DNA of 32,000 nt from Mycolicibacterium smegmatis (GCF_001457595.1 NZ_LN831039.1:6420001-6452000), one strand, 5' to 3'; numbered from the stretch's first letter, positions 16,780 to 26,512 are shown. Numbers and translations: made by a program. The notes: generated by a model not told the origin, from the sequence alone.

Positions 16780-17976
16780 CTAGCCGAGGGAGGCCAGCGC
16801 CCGCACCAGCTGGTCGACCTCGGCGGTCGTCGAGTAGTGCGACAGGCCGATGGTCACCGCACCGCCGATGTCGTTGACACCGATGACGTCGAGCACGCGC
16901 GAGCTCGCGTTGGCGATCGCGAGCACGCCGTTGTCGGCCAGGCGCTGCACAACGCGCTCGGCCGGCACGTCGCGCACCGCGAAGCTGAGCACCGGGATGG
17001 AGGTCTCCGGGCTGCCGATCACCATCACCAGCGGCAGCGACCGCAGCGAGGTCTGCAGATAGTCGAACAGCCGGCTCAGGTAGACACCGGCGGATTGCAT
17101 TGAGATCTCGAGGCGTTCACGCCTGGTGCCGGATGCCGCCTCGTCGAGGTTGGACAGGTATTCGATGCTCGCGACAACTCCGGCCAGCAGCCCGTACTGG
17201 TGCACGCCGAGTTCGAGGCGGGCCGGACCGGTGGCGTAGGGGTTCAACGACACCGATCCGAACGAGTCGATCAGGGCCGGGTCGCGGAACACCAGGGCGC
17301 CGATCGGCGGACCACCCCAGCCGACGGCGTTGAGCGCGACGACGTCGGCCTCGATCTCGTTGACGTCGATGAGCCGGTAGGGCGCGGCTGCGGAGTGGTC
17401 GACCACGACGAGACCGCCGACCTCGTGTGTCAGCTTGGTCACCTCACGTAGGTCGGTGACGGTGCCCAGGGTGGACGACGCCGAAGCGATGGCCACCAGC
17501 CGGGTCGGCTTGTCGATGAGACCTTCCCACTGCCACGACGGCAGCTCACCGGTCTCGATGTCGACCTCGGCCCACTTCACCTTGGCGCCATAACGATTCG
17601 CCGCGCGCAGCCACGGCGCGATGTTCGCCTCGTCGTCGAGACGCGTCACCACCACCTCATAGCCCAGCCCGACGCGTGCCGACGACGCCTCGGCCAGCGA
17701 GGTCAGCAGATGGGCCCGGTCCGGGCCGAGGACCACGCCCCGCGGGTCCGCGTTGACGAGATCGGCTACCGCCTGGCGGGCCGCCGCGAGGACGGCGGCG
17801 CTGCGGCGAGCGGACGGGTGGGGGCCGAGTGCGCTTGGCATCGACCCGCGGAAAGCGGTGGAAACCGTGGTGGCGACCGCATCGGGTACCAACATCCCGC
17901 TCTGGGCGTCGAAATGCACCCACCCATCGCCCAGCGTTGGGTGCAAGCCACGCACCCGGGCGACGTCGTATGCCAT
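16780..17976 (-). CDS. Class V aminotransferase/cysteine desulfurase-like protein, Rv3778c-like
   Basis: [27 protein letters not shown] start at 17976. PLP-lysine region and [45 protein letters not shown]. Confidence 0.85.
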   Translation of the reverse strand: MAYDVARVRGLHPTLGDGWVHFDAQSGMLVPDAVATTVSTAFRGSMPSALGPHPSARRSAAVLAAARQAVADLVNADPRGVVLGPDRAHLLTSLAEASSARVGLGYEVVVTRLDDEANIAPWLRAANRYGAKVKWAEVDIETGELPSWQWEGLIDKPTRLVAIASASSTLGTVTDLREVTKLTHEVGGLVVVDHSAAAPYRLIDVNEIEADVVALNAVGWGGPPIGALVFRDPALIDSFGSVSLNPYATGPARLELGVHQYGLLAGVVASIEYLSNLDEAASGTRRERLEISMQSAGVYLSRLFDYLQTSLRSLPLVMVIGSPETSIPVLSFAVRDVPAERVVQRLADNGVLAIANASSRVLDVIGVNDIGGAVTIGLSHYSTTAEVDQLVRALASLG

Positions 17977-18615
17977 GCCAGCCACCTTAAGAGCGTCCGC
18001 AACTACCACAAACTGCACGATGTGAAAGAGCCCCCGACCGTGCGTCTCGGCTGCCGAGGCCGCGCTCGGGACGGGTCGCCCTGGGCAGCCATACTAGTCC
18101 AGTGCGCTGCGGGTTCGGAGTGCTAATGGGTCTGCTGTTGCCGGACCATCCGCCGCGGTCATCGCCGGGGCGGCGGGCAGTGCACACCGGCGGCGACGGC
18201 AGTGGGCGTCTGCCTTGAGGTTCGGCGTCGTCGGGTTCAAGATCGGGCCGTTCGGCGCCCACACCGTGCCGTCGCAGGTCGCCACCACGGCGTTTGCTGA
18301 TCTTGCTTCCGATCACCCGGTGGAGGGTCTCCCCGGATTTCCTGACGCCGCCCCGGAATGCCGCCCTGGTCGTCGCGGCCGCACTGGCCTGCGCGGTGGC
18401 CCGGAGGCGCTCCACCTCGGTCACGTGATGACGAGCACCCCGGTGGCCGGGAGGTTCGTCATGCCCGACGGGCTAGTGTCGCTAGATACCTCACGGTCAA
18501 GGGAGAAGATCGTCGTGGGAGAAGATCCACGACAGCGGCGAGGATCACGGCGCGGATCGGATCCACCGCCGGCGTGAAGACGACCAACCGAACAACGACA
18601 GGTGACGGGAAGGCC

Positions 18616-19143
18616 ATGACCATCAATCCGGATGACGACAACATCGAGATCCTGACCGGTGCTGCGGGCGGTGCCGACACAGAAGGCGAGGGTGAGGGCG
18701 AGGGCAAGTCGCTCACCGACCTCGTCGAACAGCCGGCGAAGGTGATGCGCATCGGCACCATGATCAAGCAGCTGCTCGAGGAGGTGCGGGCCGCTCCGCT
18801 CGACGACGCGAGCCGCAACCGCCTGCGGGAGATCCACCAGACCAGCATCCGGGAGCTCGAAGACGGTCTCGCGCCCGAACTGCGCGAGGAGCTGGAGCGC
18901 CTCACGCTCCCGTTCACCGATGACAACGTGCCCAGCGACGCCGAGCTGCGCATCGCCCAGGCTCAGCTGGTCGGTTGGCTGGAGGGGCTGTTCCACGGCA
19001 TCCAGACGGCACTGTTCGCACAGCAGATGGCCGCGCGGGCCCAGCTGGAGCAGATGCGTCAGGGCGCGCTGCCACCCGGCATCCAGGTTCCCGGCGCCCA
19101 GCGTGGCGGCGCCACCCACCCCGGCACCGGGCAGTACCTGTAG
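18616..19143 (+). CDS. bpa: Bacterial proteasome activator Bpa/PafE, Rv3780-like
   Basis: 175 aa from MTINPDDDNIEIL. Helical core VMRIGTMIKQLLEEVRAAPLD and terminal GQYL, the C-terminal proteasome-docking motif of Bpa. Confidence 0.93.
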   Translation: MTINPDDDNIEILTGAAGGADTEGEGEGEGKSLTDLVEQPAKVMRIGTMIKQLLEEVRAAPLDDASRNRLREIHQTSIRELEDGLAPELREELERLTLPFTDDNVPSDAELRIAQAQLVGWLEGLFHGIQTALFAQQMAARAQLEQMRQGALPPGIQVPGAQRGGATHPGTGQYL

Positions 19144-19150
19144 GACGCGC

Positions 19151-19960
19151 GTGACATCCTCTTCTGCACCGCGCATCGAGACGCGCGACGCATGGGTCGA
19201 GTTTCCGATCTTCGATGCCAAGACCCGCTCGTTGAAGAAGGCTTTCCTGGGCAAGGCCGGTGGTGCCATCGGCCGCAACCAGTCGAACGTCGTCGTCATC
19301 GAGGCACTGCGGGACATCACGATGTCGCTGGAGATGGGTGACCGGGTCGGCCTGGTCGGCCACAACGGCGCGGGCAAGTCGACGCTGCTGCGACTGCTGT
19401 CGGGCATCTACGAGCCCACACGGGGTTCGGCGACCGTCTCCGGCCGCGTCGCGCCCGTGTTCGATCTCGGCGTCGGGATGGACCCCGAGATCTCGGGGTT
19501 CGAGAACATCATCATCCGCGGTCTGTTCCTAGGGCAGACGCGCAAGCAGATGCTGGCAAAGGTCGACGAGATCGCCGAGTTCACCGAACTCGGCGAGTAC
19601 CTGTCGATGCCGCTGCGCACCTACTCCACCGGCATGCGCGTCCGCCTGGCCATGGGCGTGGTGACGAGCATCGACCCCGAGATCCTGCTGCTCGACGAGG
19701 GCATCGGCGCGGTCGACGCGGAGTTCCTCAAGAAGGCGCAGTCGCGCCTGCAGGACCTCGTGGAGCGCTCCGGGATCCTGGTGTTCGCAAGCCATTCCAA
19801 CGAGTTCCTGGCCCGGCTGTGCAAGACCGCGATGTGGATCGACCACGGCACCATCAGGATGACCGGCGGCATCGAAGAGGTCGTACGCGCCTACGAGGGT
19901 GAGGACGCCGCACGCCACGTGCGTGAAGTGCTCGAGGAAACCGCGCGTGACGCACACTGA
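19151..19960 (+). CDS. wzt: ABC transporter ATP-binding protein for galactan export, RfbE/Wzt
   Basis: Walker A GHNGAGKST, ABC signature YSTGMRVRLAM, Walker B EILLLDEG. Adjacent to glfT1 and wzm. Start GTG 19151. Confidence 0.92.
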   Translation: MTSSSAPRIETRDAWVEFPIFDAKTRSLKKAFLGKAGGAIGRNQSNVVVIEALRDITMSLEMGDRVGLVGHNGAGKSTLLRLLSGIYEPTRGSATVSGRVAPVFDLGVGMDPEISGFENIIIRGLFLGQTRKQMLAKVDEIAEFTELGEYLSMPLRTYSTGMRVRLAMGVVTSIDPEILLLDEGIGAVDAEFLKKAQSRLQDLVERSGILVFASHSNEFLARLCKTAMWIDHGTIRMTGGIEEVVRAYEGEDAARHVREVLEETARDAH

Positions 19961-20855
19961 GGTCGTCTGTGCGGTCGTGGTGACCCACCGGCGTCGAGAA
20001 CTGCTGGCCACGTCGCTGGACGCCGTCGTCTCGCAGGACCGCAAACCCGACCACCTGATCGTCGTCGACAACGACAACGACCCGCAGGTGCGGGAACTGG
20101 TGACCGGCCAGCCCGTCCCGTCCACATATCTGGGGTCGCGCCGAAACCTCGGCGGCGCAGGTGGTTTCGCGTTGGGCATGCTGCATGCGCTGGCTCTCGG
20201 CGCCGACTGGATCTGGCTGGCCGACGACGACGGCAGGCCTGCCGACACGACCGTGCTCTCGACATTGCTGTCCTGCGCGCACACGCACAGCCTGGCCGAG
20301 GTCTCCCCCATGGTGTGCAACCTCGACGATCCGCAGCGCCTCGCGTTCCCGCTGCGCCGCGGTCTGGTGTGGCGCCGGCTCACCTCGGAACTGCGTACCG
20401 ACAGCTCGTCGTCATCGGGGGATCTGCTGCCGGGCATCGCGTCGCTGTTCAACGGCGCCCTGTTCCGCGCCGACACGGTCGACGCCGTCGGCGTCCCGGA
20501 TCTGCGGCTGTTCGTACGCGGCGACGAGGTGGAGTTGCACCGTCGCCTGGTCCGTTCCGGGCTGCCGTTCGGAACGTGTTTGACCGCAAGCTATCTGCAT
20601 CCTTGTGGCACCGACGAGTTCAAACCGATCCTCGGCGGGCGCATGCACACGCAGTACCCGGACGACGAGACCAAGCGGTTCTTCACCTACCGCAACCGCG
20701 GCTACCTGCTGTCACAGCCGGGTCTGCGCAAGCTCCTGCCGCAGGAGTGGCTGCGCTTCGGCTGGTACTTTCTGGTGTCACGCCGCGACCTCGCCGGTCT
20801 GCGTGAGTGGATTCGGCTGCGGCGGTTGGGAAGACGCGAAAGGTTCCAGCGATGA
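19947..20855 (+). CDS. glfT1: Galactofuranosyltransferase GlfT1 (GT2 family)
   Basis: GTG start 19947 (VTHTEVVCAVVVTHRR). GT2 motifs IVVDNDNDP, RNLGGAGGFALGM, IWLADDDG, FVRGDEVELHRR. It sits between wzt and wzm. Confidence 0.92.
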   Translation: MTHTEVVCAVVVTHRRRELLATSLDAVVSQDRKPDHLIVVDNDNDPQVRELVTGQPVPSTYLGSRRNLGGAGGFALGMLHALALGADWIWLADDDGRPADTTVLSTLLSCAHTHSLAEVSPMVCNLDDPQRLAFPLRRGLVWRRLTSELRTDSSSSSGDLLPGIASLFNGALFRADTVDAVGVPDLRLFVRGDEVELHRRLVRSGLPFGTCLTASYLHPCGTDEFKPILGGRMHTQYPDDETKRFFTYRNRGYLLSQPGLRKLLPQEWLRFGWYFLVSRRDLAGLREWIRLRRLGRRERFQR

Positions 20856-21682
20856 CGTTCACCGACGCGGCGGCGCAGTCGAAGACCATGGCCAGAGCCC
20901 GCCGCGACCTGGTCGAGGGTTTCGCCAAACGTGAACTGTGGGCCCACCTGGGCTGGCAGGACATCAAGCAGCGCTACCGCCGCAGCGTGCTCGGACCGTT
21001 CTGGATCACCATCGCCACCGGCGCGACCGCCGTGGCGATGGGCGTGCTGTACTCCAAGCTGTTCAAGCTCGAACTGTCCGAGCATCTGCCGTATGTGACG
21101 CTGGGCCTGATCATCTGGAACCTGATCAACGCGTCGATCCTCGAAGGCGCCGAGGTGTTCATCGCCAACGAGGGTCTGATCAAACAGCTTCCGACGCCGT
21201 TGAGCGTGCACGTCTACCGGCTGGTGTGGCGGCAGATCATCCTGTTCGCCCACAACATCATCATCTTCGTGATCATCGCGATCATCTATCCCAAACCGTG
21301 GACGTGGACCGATCTCGCGGTCATCCCGGCACTCGGGCTCATCATGCTCAACATGGTTTGGGTCGCACTGTGTTTCGGCATCCTGGCCACCCGCTACCGC
21401 GACATCGGGCCGCTGCTCGCCAGCGTCGTGCAGCTGCTGTTCTTCATGACGCCGATCATCTGGAACGAGTCGACGCTGCAGCAGCAGGGTGCGGGCTCGT
21501 GGGCCAAGATCGTCGAGATCAACCCGCTGCTGCACTATCTGGACATCGTGCGTGCTCCGCTGCTCGGCGCCGATCAGGAACTTCGGCACTGGCTGGTGGT
21601 CCTGGCGTTCACGGTGATCGGCTGGACGTTCGCGGCTTTCGCGATGCGCCAGTACCGCGGCCGCGTGCCCTACTGGGTCTGA
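20852..21682 (+). CDS. wzm: ABC transporter permease for galactan export, RfbD/Wzm
   Basis: ATG 20852 overlaps the glfT1 stop (ATGA). QDIKQRYRRSVLGPFWITI and multiple TM segments are typical of the ABC-2 polysaccharide exporter family. Confidence 0.92.
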   Translation: MTFTDAAAQSKTMARARRDLVEGFAKRELWAHLGWQDIKQRYRRSVLGPFWITIATGATAVAMGVLYSKLFKLELSEHLPYVTLGLIIWNLINASILEGAEVFIANEGLIKQLPTPLSVHVYRLVWRQIILFAHNIIIFVIIAIIYPKPWTWTDLAVIPALGLIMLNMVWVALCFGILATRYRDIGPLLASVVQLLFFMTPIIWNESTLQQQGAGSWAKIVEINPLLHYLDIVRAPLLGADQELRHWLVVLAFTVIGWTFAAFAMRQYRGRVPYWV

Positions 21683-22074
21683 TCGAACGTGAAGAACCGC
21701 CCCGAGATCTCCTTCGGGGTGATGCGCACGTAGCGCCGTTTGGCCGGTGAGGTCCACAGCAGCAGTCCCGTCTGCTCGGCTTCGGCGATGTCCTCGGCGG
21801 TCTGCAGCAGTTCGGCGGTTCCGCGCACGATCACGCTCCAGCCGTCGGCGGCCGTGTGGGCGTCGGCCTCGAACAGCACGCGATCACTCATGATCGCGGT
21901 GATCAGCTTGGTGCCCTCGTTGGTGCGGAACAACACGGTGCGCTCCTGCACGGCGAAGTTCACCGGATAGATCTCCAGCCGTGTGCCGATGGTGGTGACG
22001 AACCGCCCGATCGGGACGCTCGCGAGCAGCCGCCAGCACTCGTTCTCGCTGAGCACTGACACCGGGCCGGCCAT
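21670..22074 (-). CDS. Pyridoxamine 5'-phosphate oxidase-fold (PPOX class) protein
   Basis: 134 aa: LSENECWRLLASVPIGRFVTTIGTRLEIYPVNFAVQERTVLFRTNEGTKL. Its 3' end overlaps the wzm 3' end by 13 nt. Confidence 0.85.
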   Translation of the reverse strand: MAGPVSVLSENECWRLLASVPIGRFVTTIGTRLEIYPVNFAVQERTVLFRTNEGTKLITAIMSDRVLFEADAHTAADGWSVIVRGTAELLQTAEDIAEAEQTGLLLWTSPAKRRYVRITPKEISGRFFTFDQTQ

Positions 22075-22107
22075 GCGCCCAATCTAGCTTCGGTGGATCT
22101 GCCATAC

Positions 22108-22169
22108 CCGCGAGTGTGAAACCTCTGCGACTCCAACGCGGTTTTTTCGCTGAGGTTTCACACTCGCGG
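22108..22169. repeat. Long imperfect inverted repeat (22-bp arms, 18-nt loop)
   Basis: CCGCGAGTGTGAAACCTCTGCG (22108-22129) pairs with CGCTGAGGTTTCACACTCGCGG (22148-22169), 21 of 22 bp, with 18 uninterrupted outer pairs. Confidence 0.85.
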
Positions 22170-22183
22170 AAGGTCTGGGGGAT

Positions 22184-22645
22184 TCAGCGGCGCGGGAACG
22201 GCATCTTCACGGTGACGTTGATGCGGTTCCACGCGTTGATGGTCACAATCATCGCGATCAACTGACTGAGTTCGCGTTCGCTGAACACCGCGGCCGCACG
22301 TTCGTAGACGTCGTCAGACACCGGGCCGCGGTTGATCTCCGTCACGGCCTCGGTGAGCGCAAGTGCGGCCTGCTCACGCTCGGTGAACAGGTCACCGGCC
22401 TCCTCCCACGCCGCGATCAGCGCGAGCCGCTGCTCGGTCTCGCCCTGCTTGCGGGCGTCGCGCGTGTGCATGTCGAGGCAGAACCCGCAGCGGTTGATCT
22501 GCGACGCGCGGATCTTCACGAGCTCGCCGATGGTGTGGTCGAAATCCTTTGCGGACGTGGACGACAGCGTCATCATCGCGTCGTACAGCTCGGGGAACGC
22601 CTTGTAGACGTTGATGCGTTCGGCGGATTCGAGTGTCTGTGTCAT
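22184..22645 (-). CDS. Carboxymuconolactone decarboxylase/AhpD-like peroxidase family protein
   Basis: MTQTLESAERINVYKAFPELYDAM start at 22645, with VKIRASQINRCGFCLDMHTRDARKQGE (CxxC...H). The ORF-track extension to 23503 is antisense to the MocR gene. Confidence 0.88.
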   Translation of the reverse strand: MTQTLESAERINVYKAFPELYDAMMTLSSTSAKDFDHTIGELVKIRASQINRCGFCLDMHTRDARKQGETEQRLALIAAWEEAGDLFTEREQAALALTEAVTEINRGPVSDDVYERAAAVFSERELSQLIAMIVTINAWNRINVTVKMPFPRR

Positions 22646-22694
22646 GACATCCACGCTAGCCATCAAAGGCCCGCCCAGGTGGTTCAATGTTGTA

Positions 22695-24104
22695 GTGACT
22701 TCACGGGCCAATTCTGGAGCTCGGGACCTCGAGCTGCACACCGTCATCACGCCGGGCAGCCGCACGGCCCGCGAAGACCTGGTCACCGCCCTGCGCGACG
22801 GCATCCGCTCGGGGCGCCTGGGCACCGGCACCGTACTGCCGCCGTCGCGCGTGCTGGCCGCCGACCTGGGACTGGCCCGCAACACCGTGGCCGAGGCGTA
22901 CGCCGACCTGGTCGCCGAGGGCTGGCTGGCCTCACGCCAGGGAGCGGGCACCTGGGTCGCGCGCACCGAGGCCCCGCGATTGACACCGCCGCCGCTGCGC
23001 ATCGCGGGCACGCCCAAGCACAACCTGATGCCGGGTTCGCCCGATGTCGCGGAGTTCCCGCGCACGGCGTGGCTGGCCTCCGCGCGCCGCGCACTGTCCA
23101 ACGCACCCGCGTCGGCACTGCGCATGGGCGATCCCCGCGGGCGGCTCGAATTGCGTTCGGCGCTGGCCGAATATCTGGGCCGCGTCCGCGGCGTGCGCAC
23201 CACATCGGAATCGATCGTGATCTGCTCGGGGGTGCGAAACGGCGTCGAACTGCTCGGCAAGGTGTTCGGGACACAGCGTTCCATCGCCGTGGAAGCGTAC
23301 GGGCTCTTCATTTTTCGCGATGCCCTCGCCGCGATGGGCATCGCCACGGCACCCATCGGCCTCGACGAACACGGCGCGGTGATCAGCGATCTCGACATGC
23401 TGGACGTACCCGCGGTGCTGCTGACCCCGGCACACCACAGCCCGCACGGCATGCCGCTGCACCCGTCGCGGCGCAGCGAGGTCATCGAGTGGGCGCGGCG
23501 CACCGGAGGCTACGTGATCGACGACGACTACGACGGCGAGTTCCGCTACGACCGCCAGCCCGTGGGCGCCCTGCAGTCGCTGGACCCCGAGCACGTCGCC
23601 TACCTGGGTTCGGCCAGCAAGAGCCTGGCGCAGACCCTGCGGGTGGGGTGGATGGCACTGCCACAGGCACTTGTCGAACCCGTGATCGCCGCGGCGGGCG
23701 GCCAGCAGTTCAACGTCGACGCCATCACGGCTCTGACGCTGGCCGACTTCATCGCCACGGGCGGTTACGACCGTCACATCCGGCGCATGCGCAACCGCTA
23801 CCGACGTCGCCGTGACCACCTGGTCGAGGCGCTGTCCGGCTTCGACGTCGGCATCCGCGGCCTGGCCGCGGGGGTCAACATGCTGCTCACCCTGCCCGAC
23901 GGCGCCGAACCCGAGGTGCTGCGCCGCGCGGGCGAGGCCGGCATCGCGCTGTCCGGCCTGGCGCTCATGCGTCACCCGCTGGCCCATCCAGACATCCCCG
24001 CCCCCGACGGCATCATCGTCGGGTTCGGCGCACCCGCCGAACATGCGTTCCGACCAGCGGTCGAGGCGCTGCGCGGCGTGCTGGAAGACGTCCTGTCCCC
24101 CTGA
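22695..24104 (+). CDS. MocR/PdxR-like transcriptional regulator (GntR HTH plus class I aminotransferase domain)
   Basis: ALRDGIRSGRLGTGTVLPPSRVLAADLGLARNTVAEAY (wHTH), AYGLFIFRDALAAMG, DDDYDGEFRYDR, YLGSASKSLAQTLRVGW. The start is approximate. Confidence 0.88.
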   Translation: MTSRANSGARDLELHTVITPGSRTAREDLVTALRDGIRSGRLGTGTVLPPSRVLAADLGLARNTVAEAYADLVAEGWLASRQGAGTWVARTEAPRLTPPPLRIAGTPKHNLMPGSPDVAEFPRTAWLASARRALSNAPASALRMGDPRGRLELRSALAEYLGRVRGVRTTSESIVICSGVRNGVELLGKVFGTQRSIAVEAYGLFIFRDALAAMGIATAPIGLDEHGAVISDLDMLDVPAVLLTPAHHSPHGMPLHPSRRSEVIEWARRTGGYVIDDDYDGEFRYDRQPVGALQSLDPEHVAYLGSASKSLAQTLRVGWMALPQALVEPVIAAAGGQQFNVDAITALTLADFIATGGYDRHIRRMRNRYRRRRDHLVEALSGFDVGIRGLAAGVNMLLTLPDGAEPEVLRRAGEAGIALSGLALMRHPLAHPDIPAPDGIIVGFGAPAEHAFRPAVEALRGVLEDVLSP

Positions 24105-24122
24105 CCTCGCTAAGCTGCCGGG

Positions 24123-24530
24123 GTGGCCGAAACGACAGCACCCCGCCTGAGCCTGGGAACCCAGGCGTTCCGGTTCATCGTGACCGGTGGGCTGTCGGCG
24201 ATCGTCGACTTCGGCCTGTACGTGCTGCTGCTCGCGGCCGGGCTGCACGTCAACGTGGCCAAGACGCTCAGTTTCGTCGCGGGCACCACCACGGCGTACC
24301 TGATCAACCGGCGCTGGACGTTCCAGGCGCCACCCAGCAAGGCCCGGTTCATCGCGGTGTGCGTGCTGTACGCGGTGACCTACGCCGTGCAGGTGGGCAT
24401 CAACTACGTGTTCTACATGGCGTGGGACGAGAAGCCTTGGCGGGTGCCCGTTGCGTTCGTGATCGCGCAGGGCACCGCCACCGTCATCAACTTCATCGTC
24501 CAGCGCGCCGTGATCTTCCGTTTGCGCTAG
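24123..24530 (+). CDS. GtrA family membrane protein, Rv3789-like
   Basis: 135 aa with FRFIVTGGLSAIVDFGLYVLLL and TLSFVAGTTTAYLINRRWTF (GtrA/DPMS flippase signature). Confidence 0.88.
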   Translation: MAETTAPRLSLGTQAFRFIVTGGLSAIVDFGLYVLLLAAGLHVNVAKTLSFVAGTTTAYLINRRWTFQAPPSKARFIAVCVLYAVTYAVQVGINYVFYMAWDEKPWRVPVAFVIAQGTATVINFIVQRAVIFRLR

Positions 24531-24539
24531 AACCCCGCG

Positions 24540-25478
24540 CTAGAACCCGACCGCCGCGGCACCCTTCAGGCCCAGGAACTGACGCGCCTCGTCGGGTGTG
24601 GCCGGTGCGCGGTCGAACGTAGCGGCGAGGTCGACGGCCTTGCGCACCAACTGCGCGTTGGAGGTCGCGTTCTCGGTCCTGGTGATCCGCAGGTTGTCCT
24701 CGAGGCCGACGCGCACGTTGCCGCCCAGGATCAGCGACAGCGCCGCGAGACCGAACTCGCCGCGGTAGCCGACGCCCGCGGCCGACCACGTGAACGCGTC
24801 CCGGCCGAACACCCGCTCGGCGGTGCGCAGCATGTGGATGAGCTGATCGGGCTCCGCGGCGTTGGCACCAAGGACACCGAGGACGAACTGCAGGTTGAAC
24901 GGCGGCTCCAGGACACCGTCCTTGACCAGCTGCTCCAGGTTGTAGATGTGGCCGACGTCGTACACCTCGATCTCCGGGCGCGTCTCGGACTGGCGCATCT
25001 GCTCGGCCATGTAGGTCATGTCCGCGAAGGTGTTCTTGAAGATGTAGTCGGTGGTGCCTTCGAGGTAGTCACGCTCCCAATCGGCGAACGGCAGATCCCG
25101 CGCCGCGACCGGGAACAGGCCGAAGTTGAAGCTGCCCGCGTTGAATGTGGCCATTTCCGGGCGGAACTTCAGCACCGACGCGCGCTCCTCCACGGTCATG
25201 CCGCGGCCGCCGCCGGTAGTGGGCTGGATGACGGCGTCGGTGTTCTTCTTGAGTTCGGTGAGCGCCCGCTCGAACAGGTCGAGATCGGCGACCGGCCGTC
25301 CCGTCGTCTCCTCACGCACGTGGACATGCAGCACGGCGGCACCGGCCTCGGCGGCCTCCACACCCGCGCGGACGATCTCGTCGACGGTGATCGGGATGGC
25401 CTTGGACTGCGCGGGCACGGTCATGCCGCCGGTCACGGCGCACGTGATGATGACCTTGTCGTTCATGGACTGGTTCAT
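24540..25478 (-). CDS. BKACE family protein (DUF849; 3-keto-5-aminohexanoate cleavage enzyme-like)
   Basis: MNQSMNDKVIITCAVTGGMTVPAQSKAIPITVDEI, GAAVLHVHVREETTGRPV, QPTTGGGRG, VGLEDNLRI. SD GAGGAG lies upstream of 25478. Confidence 0.9.
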   Translation of the reverse strand: MNQSMNDKVIITCAVTGGMTVPAQSKAIPITVDEIVRAGVEAAEAGAAVLHVHVREETTGRPVADLDLFERALTELKKNTDAVIQPTTGGGRGMTVEERASVLKFRPEMATFNAGSFNFGLFPVAARDLPFADWERDYLEGTTDYIFKNTFADMTYMAEQMRQSETRPEIEVYDVGHIYNLEQLVKDGVLEPPFNLQFVLGVLGANAAEPDQLIHMLRTAERVFGRDAFTWSAAGVGYRGEFGLAALSLILGGNVRVGLEDNLRITRTENATSNAQLVRKAVDLAATFDRAPATPDEARQFLGLKGAAAVGF

Positions 25479-25489
25479 GGTTTGACTCC

Positions 25490-26512
25490 TCATTGTCGAG
25501 CGGAAATCTGGGCGAGGGCTTCGAGCGTTTCCCGGCCGGGCGAGCGCAGGCCTTGTTCGCATTCGTGGACGAGTTCGACGATGCGCGCGTTGAACGGGCT
25601 TGCCACACCGGCTTTCGCCGCGGTGGTGCACACGCCGCCGTTGATCACGTCGACCTCGGTGGTCGCGCCGCGTTCGAGGTCCTGCAGCATCGACGCCTTG
25701 GTGGCGCCGAGCTTGCTCATCAGGACTTCGATTGCCGCATCGGCGCGTTCGCGGTCCGCTTCGGAACGCACGACGAGATCATCGGGCTGGATGCCGATGA
25801 GCGGGCCGACCTCGAAGCCGGCCGCACGCGCGACGTCGTACGACTCGGTCCACACGTGATACGCCATCGTGCGGCCCAGCGGATCGGCGGCGATCTCGCC
25901 GTACAGCATTCCGGTGACACCGGCGAGGCCCGAGAAGGTGCTGTTGAGAAGTAATTTCGTCCACACCTGGTTCATCACGTCGGTGGACACGTCCACCTCG
26001 GCTGCCGCGGACAGCACGCCGCGCAGGGTCTCCAGACGCGCGGTGAGCGTGCCGTCGACCTCGCCGATCACGAACGGGGCCACGGTGGTCTGCGCGACGT
26101 GCCCCGGACCGAGGTTGGTCGCGCCCCACTCGGTGATGCCGACGACGAAGCGCTCGGTACCGACGATCTGCTGAATGGTGTTCTGCACCAGTCCGTTTCC
26201 GAGGGATACGTAGGTGTCCACCAGACCGCGTTCGACCAGCGGCCCGAGCGCAGCCTGCAGATACGGGGCCTTGAGCGCCACCAGGGCGAAGTCGAACCGG
26301 CCCGTGAGGGCCGCGGGACTGTCGACCGCGGTGATCGTGACGTGGCTGGTCTCGCCGAGTTCGTCGAACTTCAGGCCCGGTGAGTTCATCAACCGGACGT
26401 GTTCGGCGTTGGCGTCGAGCACGGTCACGTCCCGCCCGGCGCGCGCGAGGTGCGCCGCGGTGACACCGCCGATCGCTCCTGCGCCGACGACGAGAATGCG
26501 TGCGTCGCTCAT
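25490..26512 (-). CDS. 2-dehydropantoate 2-reductase-like oxidoreductase (ApbA/PanE family)
   Basis: MSDARILVVGAGAIGGVTAAHLARAG, SLGNGLVQ, EVDVSTDVMNQVWTKLLLNSTFSGLAG. The ORF-track extension to 27391 is a wrong-frame fusion over the MFS gene. Confidence 0.88.
   Translation of the reverse strand: MSDARILVVGAGAIGGVTAAHLARAGRDVTVLDANAEHVRLMNSPGLKFDELGETSHVTITAVDSPAALTGRFDFALVALKAPYLQAALGPLVERGLVDTYVSLGNGLVQNTIQQIVGTERFVVGITEWGATNLGPGHVAQTTVAPFVIGEVDGTLTARLETLRGVLSAAAEVDVSTDVMNQVWTKLLLNSTFSGLAGVTGMLYGEIAADPLGRTMAYHVWTESYDVARAAGFEVGPLIGIQPDDLVVRSEADRERADAAIEVLMSKLGATKASMLQDLERGATTEVDVINGGVCTTAAKAGVASPFNARIVELVHECEQGLRSPGRETLEALAQISARQ

Noticed and set aside
22184-23503. 439-aa minus-strand ORF
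   Set aside because: The portion above 22645 is antisense to the MocR-type regulator and has shadow-ORF composition. The real AhpD-like protein starts at MTQTLESAERI.
24834-25859. 341-aa plus-strand ORF
   Set aside because: Antisense to the BKACE gene and the end of the KPR-like gene. High-GC codon-position effect.
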